Assembly (NCBI GenBank): GCA_944323675.1
Contig: CALUTK010000001.1
Location: forward strand, 12,806 to 76,805
Length of the DNA stretch: 64,000 nucleotides
Reading direction: 5' to 3'
From: Candidatus Gastranaerophilales bacterium
Lineage (GTDB): Bacteria; Cyanobacteriota; Vampirovibrionia; Gastranaerophilales; Gastranaerophilaceae
A model generated the notes under the pieces. That model was not told the DNA's origin. It saw nothing but the letters and a program-made list of their open reading frames with translations, and did not search any database. This document shows positions 9,355-19,059 of the stretch, piece by piece. Position 1 is the first letter of the stretch. Each line of letters starts with the position of its first letter. The position numbers and the translations under genes were made by a program.

Positions 9355-9636
9355 ATGACAGGTAGTGTTCAAAATAGTGTGGTGAATAATTATACAAAAC
9401 CTCAGGGGCTTCATATAGGGGTGATTTGTCCTCCCGAAAGGTTTCAGAAGGTTGTTTTATATTCTGATGCAGACGCAACGCAGCAGTTTAAGCAGTTGAA
9501 TAGAGATGTCTGCACAATGCAAAAGAAGGTGAGCTTTGAGGAGACTAAAAAAACACCTAAATCTGTCCTGATAGTGTTTGGCGCAGGCGTTTTGACCGCA
9601 GGCGGTTTCCTTATCAAAAAATTGTTGAAGAAATAA
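9355..9636 (+). CDS. Hypothetical small protein with C-terminal TM segment (tail-anchored?)
   Basis: 93-aa ORF with C-terminal VLIVFGAGVLTAGGFLIKKLLKK. No convincing SD, so coding status is uncertain. Confidence 0.35.
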   Translation: MTGSVQNSVVNNYTKPQGLHIGVICPPERFQKVVLYSDADATQQFKQLNRDVCTMQKKVSFEETKKTPKSVLIVFGAGVLTAGGFLIKKLLKK

Positions 9637-9716
9637 GGAATAGTATAATTTTCGAGGAATGATAAAATTTGACTAATAAAAATATATGTGCTGTACAATA
9701 AAAGTAGAGGAAGTAT

Positions 9717-10676
9717 ATGGGAAAAGAATACAAACTCAAAAATTTATATTCAAATATGGCACTTCTATTGACCGCGTTTATTCTTGGGCTTTCTTTTGTT
9801 GCGCAAAAAGCAGGCATGGAATATATTGGGCCGTTTACTTTTAATACAATAAGAAATTTTCTTGGAGGATTGAGTCTCCTTCCGATAATTTTCATAGCAA
9901 AAATTTATTCGGCAAAAAAATACCCGCTTCCTGATGAAAAAATAAAAGAGAGGTACAAACTTCTTTTAAAAGGCGGAATTATTTGCGGGATTTTGTTTTT
10001 TCTTGCTCTTTCTGTTCACCAGTATTGCATGATATATGCACCTGCTGGAAAAGCCGGATTTATCACTGCAATGTATATTATTTTTGTCCCGTTAATTTCT
10101 GTATTTTTCTTTAAGCGAAAATTAAAAAATAATGTAAAAATCAGTGTGTTGCTTGCTGTTATAGGGTTATATTTTTTATGTTTTAAGGACGGGGCTGCTT
10201 TTCAGCTTTGTGATTTGGGGTTGCTTGTAAGTTCTTTGCTTTTTACATTTCATTTATTTGCGGTAGGTTATTATTCACACAGGATAAGTTCAATAAAATT
10301 ATCTTGCGTACAGTTTTTTACGGCAGGAATACTTTCAGCAATTTTTATGCTTTTTGAGAGTGTATCGTGGGCTGTTATATTAGATTGCGCGAAACCGCTT
10401 ATTTTTGCAGGAGTTGTGGTTACGGGGGTTGCATATACACTTCAGGTCTACGGACAGAAGAATACTCCGCCTGTTCTTGCTTCATTAATATTGAGTATGG
10501 AATCAGTTTTTGCAGTACTTGGCGGGATGGTTATTTTACAGGAAACTCTTACAATAAAAGAAGCTGTAGGCTGTCTGATTATGATTGCGGCAATTGTACT
10601 TTCACAATTGAGGTTTTCGCCTGCCGCGATGAAAAGGTTAAAAAGAATTAATAAAAAAGTTCAATCACCGGTTTGA
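9717..10676 (+). CDS. EamA/DMT-superfamily transporter
   Basis: About 10 TM segments arranged as two EamA-like halves. AGAGGAAG lies upstream of the ATG. Confidence 0.75.
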   Translation: MGKEYKLKNLYSNMALLLTAFILGLSFVAQKAGMEYIGPFTFNTIRNFLGGLSLLPIIFIAKIYSAKKYPLPDEKIKERYKLLLKGGIICGILFFLALSVHQYCMIYAPAGKAGFITAMYIIFVPLISVFFFKRKLKNNVKISVLLAVIGLYFLCFKDGAAFQLCDLGLLVSSLLFTFHLFAVGYYSHRISSIKLSCVQFFTAGILSAIFMLFESVSWAVILDCAKPLIFAGVVVTGVAYTLQVYGQKNTPPVLASLILSMESVFAVLGGMVILQETLTIKEAVGCLIMIAAIVLSQLRFSPAAMKRLKRINKKVQSPV

Positions 10677-10703
10677 TTTTTAGATTTGCTCTATAATAAA
10701 ATT

Positions 10704-11540
10704 ATGGCAAAAATTGATTTACACATTCATAGTAAATATTCTGACGGAAGTGATTCAATTCCCGAACTTATGAAAAATATTAATAGAGCAGGGCTTGAAA
10801 TCTTTTCACTTACAGATCACGATACTATAGACGGCTGTTTGGAGATGGAAAAGTTTGTCCCGCCGGGTATTAAATTCATCCGCGGAATTGAATTAACCTG
10901 TACTGCGCGCGGTCAAAAGTGTCATATTTTAGGGTATAACTATAATCCGAAAGACCATGGGCTCGAGCGTCTGATTGAAAAAGGAAAAGTTCTCAGAAGA
11001 ACAAAACTTGAAAAACGTATTGAATTCCTTCGAGAGGTTCACGGGATAAATCTGACTCGAGAAGAATTGGACTGGCTTTATTCCAGAAGAAGCGTTGTCA
11101 AAATGCATATTGCAAATATTCTTGTCGCTCGTGGTTTATCTGATAATAATGTTGATGCGATGACTAAATATCTTGACGGCTGTAAAACCGGTAATTCAAG
11201 ATTTGACGGAGAAGAGGCTATTAGAGTTATAATAGCGGCAGGCGGTACCCCTATATGGGCACATCCGCTGGGAGGAGAAGGTGAAAGACATTTGACGCAA
11301 GAAGAATTTCTGCCTAAATTGAAAACTCTTATTGATTGCGGTATTAAGGGGCTGGAATGTTATTATTCAAGATATTCTGCCGATGAAAGTGCTTTCCTTG
11401 TAAAATGTGCACGTGAAAATAATCTTTTTGTCACAGGCGGAAGCGATTATCACGGCAAAAATAAAAATGTTGCTCTCGGAACCCTCAATAAAGACCTTAT
11501 TCCGGTTGATTCAGAAAAGCTCTATTTGTTGTGTATCTAA
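10704..11540 (+). CDS. PHP-domain metal-dependent phosphoesterase (TrpH/YciV-like)
   Basis: IDLHIHSKYSDGS, SLTDHDT, WAHP, GGSDYHG motifs. ATG 10704 is preferred to the track TTG 10686. Confidence 0.8.
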   Translation: MAKIDLHIHSKYSDGSDSIPELMKNINRAGLEIFSLTDHDTIDGCLEMEKFVPPGIKFIRGIELTCTARGQKCHILGYNYNPKDHGLERLIEKGKVLRRTKLEKRIEFLREVHGINLTREELDWLYSRRSVVKMHIANILVARGLSDNNVDAMTKYLDGCKTGNSRFDGEEAIRVIIAAGGTPIWAHPLGGEGERHLTQEEFLPKLKTLIDCGIKGLECYYSRYSADESAFLVKCARENNLFVTGGSDYHGKNKNVALGTLNKDLIPVDSEKLYLLCI

Positions 11541-11671
11541 AAATCAGGAACGATGATTTTATAGTGAACATTAATAGCAAGTCCCTACATTAAATATATT
11601 ATAGTAAAATAATATTTTGTTATATGTTATATATTATGTTAAACTTTTATCAAAATCATAAAGGGGGTATT

Positions 11672-13024
11672 ATGAAAAAATTTCTAAAATGGATTGCACT
11701 TTCTATGCTCGGGCTTGTCTGTGTATCAATGTCCGCTTACTGCAGCGAACATAAGCTTTCCAAAGATACGAAGGCTATGCTTCTCGAAAAATTAAAAACA
11801 TCAACTCTTGTTGTCTACAAAAATGACGAAATCAAAACATATTCAGAACATAATCTTCAACCTGTTTTGATGTATCTTGAAAATGATGATTTTACAGGTG
11901 CATTCGTTTTTGATAAAGTAGTCGGACGTGCTGCGGCTTATCTTTACGTCTATGGAAACGCCGATTATGTCTATGCTGATACAATATCAAAACCGGCAAT
12001 TGATATTTTAAAGAAAAATCATATTAAATATGAAGCTAATAATGTTGTTGATGAAATTCAAAATAAAGATAAAACAGGACTCTGTCCTTTTGAAGAATTA
12101 ACGAAAAATGCAACAAATGCATCGCAGGCTTACGGATTAATTTATAAAAAATTTCATCCCGAAACCGCTATTGTGTATTTTACCCCTGAAATAAAACCTG
12201 AATCACTTATTAAAATATACAAAACATTAGGTAAAGATTTAAAAGGCAATGTTGCGGTGAAACTCCATTCGGGCGAACCGGGCGGACATAATTTTCTCCA
12301 GCCTGAATTTGTAAAAGACCTTGTACATGAATTAAATGCGACGATTGTTGAATGCAATACTGCATATGAAGGCAGACGAAATACAACAGAAAAACATAAA
12401 GAAGCAATAAAAGAACACGGGTTTGATAAAATTGCAAAAGTAGATATTATGGATGAAGAGGGGCAGATGGAGCTTCCTGTACCTGAAGGTAAACAGATAA
12501 AAGTAAATTACGTCGGTTCTCACCTCAAAAATTACGATTCTATGCTGGTTCTTTCTCACTTTAAAGGACACCAGATGGGCGGTTTCGGCGGTGCATTAAA
12601 AAATATGTCAATCGGAATAGCTTCATCTTACGGTAAAGCTTACATCCACGGCGCAGGAGATCCATCTAAAATCTGGACATGCGAACAGGATAAATTCCTT
12701 GAATCAATGGCAGATGCCGATAAATCAGTTATGGATTATATGAAAGGCAATATTACATTTATAAATGTTATGAGTAAAATGTCCATAGACTGCGACTGTA
12801 ACAACAATCCGACCCCGCCGGAAATTGCTGATATCGGAATTTTAGGCTCAGACGATCCTGTTGCACTCGATCAGGCATGTGTTGATCTTGTATATTCATC
12901 AAAAGATTCGGGTAAAAAATCTCTGATTGAACGTATGGAATCAAGACATGGTATTCATACAGTAGAAGCCGCCGCCGATTTGGGCGTCGGAGTTCGTGAA
13001 TATAAACTCATAAAACTTAAATAA
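11672..13024 (+). CDS. Signal-peptide protein fusing a DUF1893-like N-domain to a DUF362-like C-domain
   Basis: ATG 11672 follows AAAGGGGG. Signal-like MKKFLKWIALSMLGLVCVSMSAYC. N-domain has KVVGRAAAYLYVYG and C-domain has VKLHSGEPG...LSHFKGHQMGGFGGALKNMSIG...DCDC. DUF names are from memory. Confidence 0.55.
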   Translation: MKKFLKWIALSMLGLVCVSMSAYCSEHKLSKDTKAMLLEKLKTSTLVVYKNDEIKTYSEHNLQPVLMYLENDDFTGAFVFDKVVGRAAAYLYVYGNADYVYADTISKPAIDILKKNHIKYEANNVVDEIQNKDKTGLCPFEELTKNATNASQAYGLIYKKFHPETAIVYFTPEIKPESLIKIYKTLGKDLKGNVAVKLHSGEPGGHNFLQPEFVKDLVHELNATIVECNTAYEGRRNTTEKHKEAIKEHGFDKIAKVDIMDEEGQMELPVPEGKQIKVNYVGSHLKNYDSMLVLSHFKGHQMGGFGGALKNMSIGIASSYGKAYIHGAGDPSKIWTCEQDKFLESMADADKSVMDYMKGNITFINVMSKMSIDCDCNNNPTPPEIADIGILGSDDPVALDQACVDLVYSSKDSGKKSLIERMESRHGIHTVEAAADLGVGVREYKLIKLK

Positions 13025-13039
13025 AGCAATATTTAATCT

Positions 13040-13079
13040 AAAAAATTCCCTGCGGATAATTCCTGCAGGGAATTTTTTT
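13040..13079. terminator. Bidirectional intrinsic terminator between convergent genes
   Basis: aattccctgc-(11-nt loop)-gcagggaatt, flanked by an A-run on the left and a T-run on the right. Confidence 0.8.
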
Positions 13080-14472
13080 ATTGCACTAATAGTTCTTTTT
13101 CTGTTTGTTTAAAAAAATCAGCCTCTTTTATTATTGAAATAGTGCTCCCTTTACTGTTTAATTCCATAGCTCTTCGTACTTTTGTACCATAGTTGCCGTG
13201 CGCGTATGCCTGACTTTCGTAATCTCCTATTATCAAAATATCAGTGGATTTTTTTACTCCTGAATCAATAATTCCGCCATTTTTCGTAATCAATTTTTCT
13301 ACATCAGATTTCTGTCCGTGTGAAAAATTCCCGCTGAGGCAGACGTGTTTACCTCTGACGGAGGTAATCTGTTCTTTAAGCGATTCTACCGGTGTTAAAA
13401 TTGAATTTATTATATTAATAAGGTGCACTGATTCCTCGTCCGTTATTACTCCGTCATCAAGAACAGTTTCAAATAAAGATAGAATCTGATTGTAAGGATA
13501 ATGCTCGCTCAAATGTATATTTTTATAGAGCCATTTGATTAAATTTTCGCCTTCCTCGGTTGAAATTTTTTTGTCAACAGTAATTCCCTTTAATATTCCT
13601 CTAAGTTCCTGCAGCGAATTTGTAACAGCAGAACCGGCGATTGTTTCATAATACTCTTTGACTACGTGTTTCAGTTTATTCGCTTCCGTTATAGTTATGC
13701 AGTTATCTTCAAGTATTTTATCCAGAGTGATAAAGATTGAATGAAGTTCTTCTCTTGAAGAAAAGTGTGCATTTACGGTTTTCCATTGCTTGATAAAGTC
13801 TTCTTCCTCCGGTCTGATTTTGTTATCCAAAGATATTCCCTGAACGACTCCGTAAAACTCGCTCATAGATCTGCGTAATACCGGATCTGCAACGTATTGG
13901 ACAAATTCTTTTGTTTCATCAGGCGAAAATTCTTTAATATATTTTTTTATATCCACCTTATAATTTTCAATTAAGCATTTAAACAAATCCGCTGTTGCAC
14001 AGGCATCATCAAATGCATCGTGAGAATTATCAGTATCAATGCCAAAATATTCACACATACTATGAAGTGAAAAATCATCTACCGCATAATAAGGAACAAA
14101 GTCAGTTGCAATTCTCATTGCATCAATATAGTACAATTTAGGTAATTGTATGTTGTATCTTTTGCACGATTGCGATAAAGCCGTCAGGTCGGAAACAAAA
14201 ACATTATATCCGATAATAACTGCATCCTTAAAATATGGTTCAATATTTTTCCATACCTCAGGAAAATTCGGTTCATTTTCAACCTGTTTTTCAGTTATAC
14301 CGTGAACTTTAATACACCAATCCTGAAATCCGTCCTCAGGGTTTACGTAGATATTTTTCTCCGGAAAAACAGGTTCTCCCGACGGAAAATATTCACTTAA
14401 CAACCCCAGCTGGCAGATAGATTTATTTGTTGAATTTGCATACTCAACATCAAAATACAAGACTTTTTCCAT
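13078..14472 (-). CDS. DEDDh 3'-5' exonuclease (DnaQ-like) with tandem helical repeats and a C-terminal BRCT domain
   Basis: Exo motifs YFDVEYAN, YNVFVSDLTAL, HDAFDDACATADLF. Two repeats of about 70 aa (EFYGVVQGISLDNKIRPEEEDFIKQW / ELRGILKGITVDKKISTEEGENLIKWL). BRCT-like GKHVCLSGNF...STDILIIGD. Confidence 0.75.
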   Translation of the reverse strand: MEKVLYFDVEYANSTNKSICQLGLLSEYFPSGEPVFPEKNIYVNPEDGFQDWCIKVHGITEKQVENEPNFPEVWKNIEPYFKDAVIIGYNVFVSDLTALSQSCKRYNIQLPKLYYIDAMRIATDFVPYYAVDDFSLHSMCEYFGIDTDNSHDAFDDACATADLFKCLIENYKVDIKKYIKEFSPDETKEFVQYVADPVLRRSMSEFYGVVQGISLDNKIRPEEEDFIKQWKTVNAHFSSREELHSIFITLDKILEDNCITITEANKLKHVVKEYYETIAGSAVTNSLQELRGILKGITVDKKISTEEGENLIKWLYKNIHLSEHYPYNQILSLFETVLDDGVITDEESVHLINIINSILTPVESLKEQITSVRGKHVCLSGNFSHGQKSDVEKLITKNGGIIDSGVKKSTDILIIGDYESQAYAHGNYGTKVRRAMELNSKGSTISIIKEADFFKQTEKELLVQ

Positions 14473-14581
14473 ACGTATTCCTCTAAAAATTTCACTACAT
14501 ACTTTTCTGTTATTTTTATTATAACAGAATTATCTCTATGCGTGCTTTCTGTACTGTAACGCAACCCATTTTTTTGATCTG

Positions 14582-15394
14582 CTAATGTATCATATCAAGC
14601 ATTTGCTCTATAGCATCTTCGACTCCGATATCAGATAACTTCACCGGTATTAAATCAGTATCAATATGCTCAAGCAAATCAACGTCAAGGTTTTCCGGAA
14701 CCTTCGTTTCTATAGACGGAGTAATACCCAGACCATTTCCGGAATCAAATCCAAAATCTGCAAACGTGTTATCAGAAACAGCTTTCTCCGGTGTTATTGA
14801 ATTCTTAACCATACCAAAATCATTTATGTCATCAGCAGTATCATATGAGGCTAAAGCATCTTTATCATCCATTATATTATCATGGGCTAAATCATTTTCT
14901 TTTGTATGTTCAATATTATTATTTAAATTTTCATTGTTTTCTTCCCCTTTGAAGGAAGGCTCTTTTTTAGCTTCTTGTGCTTTTCTAATTTTTTCTTTGC
15001 CTTGAATTGTTAAATATCCATGTTGATCAATATCACCGTTATCAATATTGCAGCCTGCTTCTTTTAATTTCTGTTCACATTCGCGTTTGCGGGCTTTGAC
15101 AACAAGACGTTTTTCAGCCTCTTCCTTCAAGAGTTTTTGCATTTTTTCATTTGTCATCATCTCGCCTCTTTCCGGATTATCCGTAACTGGAAGTTCTTTT
15201 TTTACAAATGGAATTTTTGTCTTTATTTGTTTAAATATATCAATGAGACTATACGATGTTTTGTCAGATACTGTTTGATTAATTGCTTTAGAAACCATGC
15301 GGCTGCCGTAAAATCCCGTAAATGCAAGCTGATTGCTATTTTTTAATTGGTAATTCATATTTGTTCTAAGCGTATTGTTAACCGGTGTAATCAT
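14582..15394 (-). CDS. Hypothetical acidic protein, N-terminal-motif family
   Basis: AGGAGGG SD. N-terminus MITPVNNTLRTNMNYQLKNSNQLAFTGFYG. Charged coiled-coil-like centre and an acidic C-terminus. Confidence 0.65.
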   Translation of the reverse strand: MITPVNNTLRTNMNYQLKNSNQLAFTGFYGSRMVSKAINQTVSDKTSYSLIDIFKQIKTKIPFVKKELPVTDNPERGEMMTNEKMQKLLKEEAEKRLVVKARKRECEQKLKEAGCNIDNGDIDQHGYLTIQGKEKIRKAQEAKKEPSFKGEENNENLNNNIEHTKENDLAHDNIMDDKDALASYDTADDINDFGMVKNSITPEKAVSDNTFADFGFDSGNGLGITPSIETKVPENLDVDLLEHIDTDLIPVKLSDIGVEDAIEQMLDMIH

Positions 15395-15414
15395 ATTTCC
15401 CTCCTATGTATTTT

Positions 15415-16161
15415 TTATGTAAAACCTAAAGTGATAAGTTTACGTACTGAGCTTATAAGAAATTTGGTATTTTGTTTTTTCTGCTGTTTCTCTACAAGTT
15501 TTACAAGTGCTAAATTGACTTTTTGTTCCATTTCACCGAGTGATAAATTCAATTTGTCATAATTAGTTATGTAGGTATCGCGGTTTTTCTTTAACTTCTC
15601 GCTTACCTGATTCCGTAATTCATTCGGGCCTTTAACTATATTTACATAGTCAACTCCGTCTGATAAATGTTTATTAACTTTTAAATAGTTATTCAAAACA
15701 TTATTAAGTCCGTTATTAAAATATTTTTCAATTATATCGGTGTAATCATCTCCAAGAGACTTTGCCTCTCTAATTACTCGATTAATAAATTTGTCTGTTA
15801 ACATTGCCGTATATTTTGAGACGTAGCCGACTATAGGAATGCGTGAACCCTTTGGATCCATTTTCATAATCTTATCCATTCTGCGTTTCATAACCTCAAA
15901 ATATTGCCTTATAATCACATTAAATCCGCCGAATGCGGCTTTCACATTTTGATGCTCGGAACTAATTTCTTTATATGCATTTAATATTCCTTCATCCAGT
16001 GTTGGGGCAGACTTAATTATTTCATCAATTTTCTCTGTTGTTAACTGAGTTTTATAATTTAACGCTTTCCGATTGTCAGGACAGCCGTAAAATTCGGCAC
16101 CCCTGTAGCCTGTAAAGTTAACATTTTGTCTGTTATTATTGCTTACTGCAGTTACATTCAT
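15415..16161 (-). CDS. Hypothetical helical protein, N-terminal-motif family
   Basis: The start lies 1 nt after the ankyrin gene stop, with an AAGGAAG SD. N-terminus MNVTAVSNNNRQNVNFTGYRG. Confidence 0.65.
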   Translation of the reverse strand: MNVTAVSNNNRQNVNFTGYRGAEFYGCPDNRKALNYKTQLTTEKIDEIIKSAPTLDEGILNAYKEISSEHQNVKAAFGGFNVIIRQYFEVMKRRMDKIMKMDPKGSRIPIVGYVSKYTAMLTDKFINRVIREAKSLGDDYTDIIEKYFNNGLNNVLNNYLKVNKHLSDGVDYVNIVKGPNELRNQVSEKLKKNRDTYITNYDKLNLSLGEMEQKVNLALVKLVEKQQKKQNTKFLISSVRKLITLGFT

Positions 16162-16162
16162 C

Positions 16163-17518
16163 TTACTTCCTTATCCAAGAATTATATTTAAGAAAATCTT
16201 CATATAATTCTTTGTAATCCTTATTAAATATATTTTTCTGTCCGGTATCTGCACCATGCTGAATTAAGTATTCCGCTAAATCTTTACGTCCGATTGCACT
16301 GTAATACATTAACGGCGTATTGCCATAATTGTCGAGCGCTTCAATATCGGCTTTTTTTTCTATTAATTTATTGATATGTTTTTTGTCAAAACAGTAATAA
16401 ACGGGAGTTCTTCCAAATTTATCTTTCAGGTTAGGATTTGCATAATTTTTTAGCAAAAGTTCAAAAAATGTATCATCTTTTTTTATAACAGCATAGTGCA
16501 AATATAAATTTTCATCGGGATTCGCACCCATTTCCAATAAAAGTTTGCGCATTTCATTGGTTTTAGCATAATAAAGCGGAGTCTTGCCGTTTTTATCAAG
16601 GGCATTGACGTCTGCATCATATGATAAAAGTGTTTTTGCAACTTTTAAATTATTTTTCATAGAACACATGTGCAGAAGAGTTTCACCTTGTGAGGTTAAT
16701 ATATTCGGATCAGCACCCTTTGAGAGCAGAACTAGTCTGTTAAGATTATTATTTGTAAGCAACAGAGGAGTTTTATTATTTATATCCTTAATATTCGGAT
16801 TCGCGCCTTTTTCAAGAAGAAACATAAGCATATTAGGGTCCTGAGTGTAGAATAATGCCGTTCTGTTGTACTTATCTACAAAATTGATTTCCGCTTTATA
16901 TTGCAAAAGTTTTTCAATAAGGTCATAATTATTTTCCATTGCTGCAATGTGGATTAATGTCTGCCTGTCCTCATTCATCGAATTAGGGTTAACTCCGAGG
17001 TCTAATAATTTCTTAAACGATTCAGGATAGTCAGCCGCGACATGCAAAACCGGATTGCCTTCATCATTCAATATATATGGATTGGCTTTATTTTTCAAAA
17101 GCAGTTCTACAAGTTCAGGATTCTGCAGTGATTTATGCAGCGGAGTATCGCCTAATATATCCTGTGTATTAACATCCGGTTTATATTTTAAAAACATTTT
17201 AACACTTTTGATGTCAGATTTCTGGCAGGCGATGCTAAAAGGAGATTGACCTCTTTTATTTTTAATATCTATGCTTAGATTGTTTTTTACTAAAAATTCG
17301 GAGATATTTACATTTTTAAACTTTGCAGATATATGAAGTAAAGAATCCAGCTCTCCGTTTACCACAGTTAAATCTTTAACCTTCTTTAATGCTTCAATAT
17401 CACTGTTTTCTATAAATTTTTGAATGTCAGAAAAACTGTACCAAAATTTATTCCCAAAAACAGGACTATATTTAGTTTTATAATTATAACTCGAAAACGT
17501 AACAGGCTGAATAAACAC
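16163..17518 (-). CDS. Ankyrin-repeat protein (about 11 repeats), N-terminal-motif family
   Basis: GTG start. N-terminus MFIQPVTFSSYNYKTKYSPVFGN. Repeated G-x-TPLH/LL..GA(N/D)PN units run through the whole protein. Confidence 0.85.
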   Translation of the reverse strand: MFIQPVTFSSYNYKTKYSPVFGNKFWYSFSDIQKFIENSDIEALKKVKDLTVVNGELDSLLHISAKFKNVNISEFLVKNNLSIDIKNKRGQSPFSIACQKSDIKSVKMFLKYKPDVNTQDILGDTPLHKSLQNPELVELLLKNKANPYILNDEGNPVLHVAADYPESFKKLLDLGVNPNSMNEDRQTLIHIAAMENNYDLIEKLLQYKAEINFVDKYNRTALFYTQDPNMLMFLLEKGANPNIKDINNKTPLLLTNNNLNRLVLLSKGADPNILTSQGETLLHMCSMKNNLKVAKTLLSYDADVNALDKNGKTPLYYAKTNEMRKLLLEMGANPDENLYLHYAVIKKDDTFFELLLKNYANPNLKDKFGRTPVYYCFDKKHINKLIEKKADIEALDNYGNTPLMYYSAIGRKDLAEYLIQHGADTGQKNIFNKDYKELYEDFLKYNSWIRK

Positions 17519-17673
17519 TTTAAATCATATCCTCTATTTGTAAAAATTATAAGTTAAAAATTTTAAAATAAACATTTTAGTCGCAAATATGTAAAATTTT
17601 GTAACAAAATTTGACAACATAGCAAATTAAATTTTATTTTCGTTTGAATATTATAAATATAACAGGAGGTTAT

Positions 17674-19047
17674 ATGAGAATTTTATTTAATACTTACCGG
17701 ATAAATCCGAATTATCAAAATTATTCTGCAAATAATAAAAATAAAACAGTCCCGATAACCTTTTCCGGAGGGTTCGACTTTGAGGCTGAGTATGAAAAAA
17801 TCCGTCACACAGAAAGAAACAGGTTTGAAAGATTTATGGGGATCGGCAAAAAGGCAGACAGGGAAAAAGTAAACGAAAGATTAATCGGATTTAATTTAAA
17901 CAGAGAACAAAATGAAAAACAAAAACAAGAAACCATTGACGCTAAACAAAAAGAAATAGAAGCTCTTGAAAAAAGTATACAGATATCCCGTGAAAAAGAA
18001 GAGTTGTTAAAACAACAGTTGGACGAAGCAAAAAAAAATAATTTGAGTAAGGAAGATATTGAAAAAATTAAAGCAGATATAGCAAATGAAGTTGTAGAGC
18101 AAATGAAAGCCAAATCTGCATATAAAACAAACAAAGAGAATTTAGAAAAGACCATTGCCATACAAGATTTATTAACCAGTCAAAAATCCGGAACAGGGTG
18201 GGCGAAAATTGCCGGCCACGATGGTGAAAACGGAATAAAAAAACAATTGGAAGGATGGTTTATAAATAAATTAGCACTGGAACAGGGCGGTAATAAAGTA
18301 ACAATGCCAAACAGTATTCTGTTTTACGGTCCGCGCGGCACAGGAAAAACATTTTTTGCACAGGCATTTGCAGAACAGGCAAAATGCAATTATGTGGAAG
18401 TTGATACTCTGCAAAGCAATGATGATATTATGACAGACCTGAGAACAGCTGCAAAAGCCGGCAGAAATTTATATGAATCTTCTCCGGATAAGAAAAGGAC
18501 AATTGTATTATTAGATGAATTTGACTCAATTTCACATTACACGCAGGAAGAATTAAAAGAAATAAAAGCTGGCAAACCGCAGTTTGATGAAGATTTTAAT
18601 ATTGTAGCTCTGAAAAAATTTCTGAAGGATTGCGCTGAAAAATATAAAACAACCGTATTTATGACAACAAATTATCCTTTAAATATTGAATCCCAATTGT
18701 TTGAGGAAGGTTGTATTCCTGCAACAGTATACCTTGGCCCTCCTGAAAATGAAAACGTAACGGCACTGTTTAAGTACTACCTGAAAGATGCAACAAATCA
18801 ACCTTTAGATTATCAAGAATTTACAAGTAAAATTATGGAATACAGAAAAAAAGATACGGCATTCAGTGCCGGCGGGATTGCAAAGATGCTTACAGATCTT
18901 ATTTCTTCTATAAAAGAAACAGGACAGCAGATTACGCAAAATGATGTTATAAAAGCAATAGCGGCTAAAGGTCCGGATATTAATAAAGAAATGCTCGATA
19001 GATTTATTCGCGAAGTTGAAATAATTTCAAAAAAATTACACGTATAA
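17674..19047 (+). CDS. AAA+ ATPase (classic-clade-like) with N-terminal coiled coil, N-terminal-motif family
   Basis: ATG 17674 follows AGGAGG (the track TTG 17644 is unlikely). N-terminus MRILFNTYRINPNY...VPITFSGG. Walker A GPRGTGKT, Walker B IVLLDEFD, sensor-1-like TTNYP. Confidence 0.85.
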   Translation: MRILFNTYRINPNYQNYSANNKNKTVPITFSGGFDFEAEYEKIRHTERNRFERFMGIGKKADREKVNERLIGFNLNREQNEKQKQETIDAKQKEIEALEKSIQISREKEELLKQQLDEAKKNNLSKEDIEKIKADIANEVVEQMKAKSAYKTNKENLEKTIAIQDLLTSQKSGTGWAKIAGHDGENGIKKQLEGWFINKLALEQGGNKVTMPNSILFYGPRGTGKTFFAQAFAEQAKCNYVEVDTLQSNDDIMTDLRTAAKAGRNLYESSPDKKRTIVLLDEFDSISHYTQEELKEIKAGKPQFDEDFNIVALKKFLKDCAEKYKTTVFMTTNYPLNIESQLFEEGCIPATVYLGPPENENVTALFKYYLKDATNQPLDYQEFTSKIMEYRKKDTAFSAGGIAKMLTDLISSIKETGQQITQNDVIKAIAAKGPDINKEMLDRFIREVEIISKKLHV

Positions 19048-19059
19048 AAGTGATGCTTT

